Source of the DNA: Squalus acanthias
Lineage: Eukaryota
Reading direction: 5' to 3'
Assembly: GCA_030390025.1 (NCBI GenBank)
Contig: CM059445.1
Span: forward strand, 58,900,001-58,964,000
DNA length: 64,000 nt
Shown here: in pieces, positions 61,660-64,000 of the stretch
Layout of the letters: each line of letters opens with the position of its first letter
Position numbering within the stretch: position 1 is the stretch's first letter
Notes under the pieces: model-generated
Told to the model about the DNA's origin: nothing
Databases searched by the model: none
The model's input: only the letters and a program-made list of their open reading frames with translations
Made by a program: the position numbers and the translations under genes

Positions 61660-64000
61660 CTCTATTGTCATTGCCTGGCACTTGTGTGGCGCGAATGATA
61701 CCTGACACTTATCAGCCAAAGCCTGAACGTCGTGCAGGTCTTGTTGCATGCGGACATGGACTGCTTCATTATCTGAGGAGTTGTGGATGGCACTGAACAC
61801 TGTGCAGTCATCAGCGAACATCCCCATTTCTGACCTTATGATGGAGGGAAGGTCATTGATGAAGCAGCTGCAGCTGGTTGGGCCTAGGACACTACCTTGA
61901 GGAACTCCTGTAGCGATGTCCTGGGGCTGTAATGATTGACCTTCAACCACCACAACCATCTTCCTTTGTACTAGGTATGACTCCAGCCAGTGGAGAGTTT
62001 TCCCCCCGATTCCCATTGACTTCAGTTTTACTAGGACTCCTTGATGCTGCACTCGGTCAAATGCTGCCTTGATGTCAAGGGCAGTGACTCTCACCTCACC
62101 TCTGGAATTCAGCTCCATTGTCCATGTTTGGACCCAGGCTGTAATGAGGTCGGGAGCCGAGTGGTCTTGGCGGAACCCAAACTGGGCATCAGTGAGCAGG
62201 TTATTGGTGAGTAAGTGCCGCTTGATAGCACTGTTGATGACACCTTCCATTACTTTGCTGATGATTGAGAGTAGACTGATGGGGCGGTAATTCGCCGGGT
62301 TGGATTTGTCCTCCTTTTTGTGGACAGGACATACCTGGGCAGTTTTCCACATTGTTGGATAGATGCCAGTGTTGTAGCTGTACTGGAACAGCTTGGCTAG
62401 AGGCGCGGCTAGTTCTGGAGCACAAGTCTTCAGCACGATAGCCGGGATGTTGTCGGGGCCCATAGCCTTTGCTGTATCCCGTGCGCTCAGCTGTTTCTTG
62501 CTATCATGTGGAGTGAATCGAATTGGCTGAAGACTGGCTTCTGTGATGGTGGGGACCTCAGGAGGAGGCCGATATGGATCATCCACTCGGCACTTCTGGC
62601 TGAAGATGGTTGCAAACACTTCAGCCTTGTCTTTTGCACTCACATACTGGGCTCCACCATCATTGAGTCATAGAGTCATACAGCACAGAAAGAGGCCCTT
62701 TGGCCCATCGTGTCTGCGCCGGCCATCAAGCCCCGTCTATTCTAATCCCATTTTCCAGCACTTGGTCCGTAGCCTTGTATGCTATGGCATTTCAAGGGCT
62801 CATCTAAATGCTTCTTGAATGTTGTGAGGGTTCCTGCCTCTACCACCCTTTCAGGCAGTGAGTTCCAGATTCCAACCACCCTCTGGGTGAAAAAGTTTTT
62901 CCTCAAATCCCCCTGCCCCTTACCTTGAAACTATGCCCCCTGGTTATTGACCCCTCTACTAAGGGGAAAAGTTCCTTTCTATCTACCCCCCTCATAATTT
63001 TGTACACCTCAATCAGGTCCCCCATCAGCCTTCTCTGCTCAAAGGAAAACAACCCCAGCCTGTCCAGTCTCTCTTCATATTCATGGAGCCTTCTCCTCCC
63101 GTTAGTTGTTTAATGGTCCACCACCATTCACGACTGGATGTGACAGGACTGCAGATTGATCTGATCCGTTGATTGTGGGATTGCTTAGCCCTGTCTATAG
63201 CATGACTGCTTCTGCTTTTTAGCATGCATATAGTCCTGTGTTGCAGCTTCCCCAGGTTGGCACCTCATTTTTAGGTACACCTGGTGCTGCTCCTGGCATG
63301 CTCTTCTGCATTCCTCATTGAACCAGGGTTGGTCCCCTGGTTTGATGATAATGGTAGAGTGAGGGATATGCTGGGCCATGAGGTTACAGATTGTGGTGGA
63401 ATACAATTCTGCTGCTGCTAATGGCCCACAGCGCCTCATGGTTGCCCAATTTTGAGCTGCTAGATCTGTTCTGAATCTATCCCATTTAGCACGGTGGTAG
63501 TGTCACACAACACGATGGAGGGTGTCCTCAGTGTGAAGACGGGACTTCGTCTCCACAATGACTGCGGTGGTCACTGTTATCAATACTGTCATGGACAGAT
63601 GCATCTGCGACAGGTAGATTGGTGAGGATGAGGTCAAGTATGTTTTTCCCCTTGTGTTGGTTCTCTCACCACCTGTCGCAGGCCCAGACTGGCAGCTATG
63701 TCCTTCAGGACTCGGCCAGCTCGGTCAGTAGTGGTGCTACCGAGCCACTCTTGGTGATGGACATTGAAGTCCCCCACACAGAGTACATTCTGTGCCCTTG
63801 CTACTCTCAGTGCTTCTTCCAAGTGGTATTCAACATGGAGGAGTACTGATTCATCAGCTGAGGGAGGGCGGTAGGTGGTAATCAGCAGGAGGTTTCCTTG
63901 CCCGTGCTTGACCTGAAGCCATGAGACTTCATGGGGTCCGGAGTCAATGTTGAGGACTCCCAGGGCCACTCCTTCCCGACTGTATACCACTGTGCCGCCA
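61660..64000 (-). mobile_element. Distinct CR1-group LINE ORF2 (APE plus RT), continues beyond window; interrupted by a CR1 3' fragment at about 62665-63078
   Basis: ORF 61654-62643 ([40 protein letters not shown]); APE motifs TTYRPP and GDFNVH at 63634-63990; PWFN linker. Confidence 0.9.

Noticed and set aside
58800-64000. SCN4B, expected downstream of SCN2B by synteny
   Set aside because: No recognisable signal-peptide or Ig exon; probably beyond the window.

Overview
Vertebrate genomic DNA, almost certainly from a cartilaginous fish (HE1 V-SINE, SacSINE1-like DeuSINEs, shark-type CR1/L2/Penelope elements); most of the window is transposon-derived or tandemly repeated. Two spliced genes lie on the + strand in the order seen on human 11q23.3. 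The first is a JAML/AMICA1-like type I membrane protein (putative non-coding exon ending at 1983; coding exons 4384-4435, 14309-14478, 16283-16499, 17106-17271, 17381-17414, 21541-21666, 24329-24424; 286 aa) with only ONE Ig-V domain and a tail carrying two YxxM motifs and an NPxY motif. The second is SCN2B, the sodium channel beta-2 subunit (30490-30568, 51306-51472, 53734-53944, 55381-55580), with a probable extra terminal exon at 56083. Notable non-genic features: three Penelope-like insertions, each bounded by a 10-12 bp target-site duplication and each carrying a minimal hammerhead ribozyme (one is only 131 bp long; another lies in sense just downstream of the JAML poly(A) signal); several GGG-terminated MITE families, two with clear 3-bp TSDs; hAT-like MITEs; deeply nested LINEs; and G-rich minisatellite arrays, including a dispersed 67-bp family that looks SINE-derived. 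Almost all long ORFs in the supplied track are LINE fragments or repeat artefacts. Family names come from recalled consensus sequences, not database searches.
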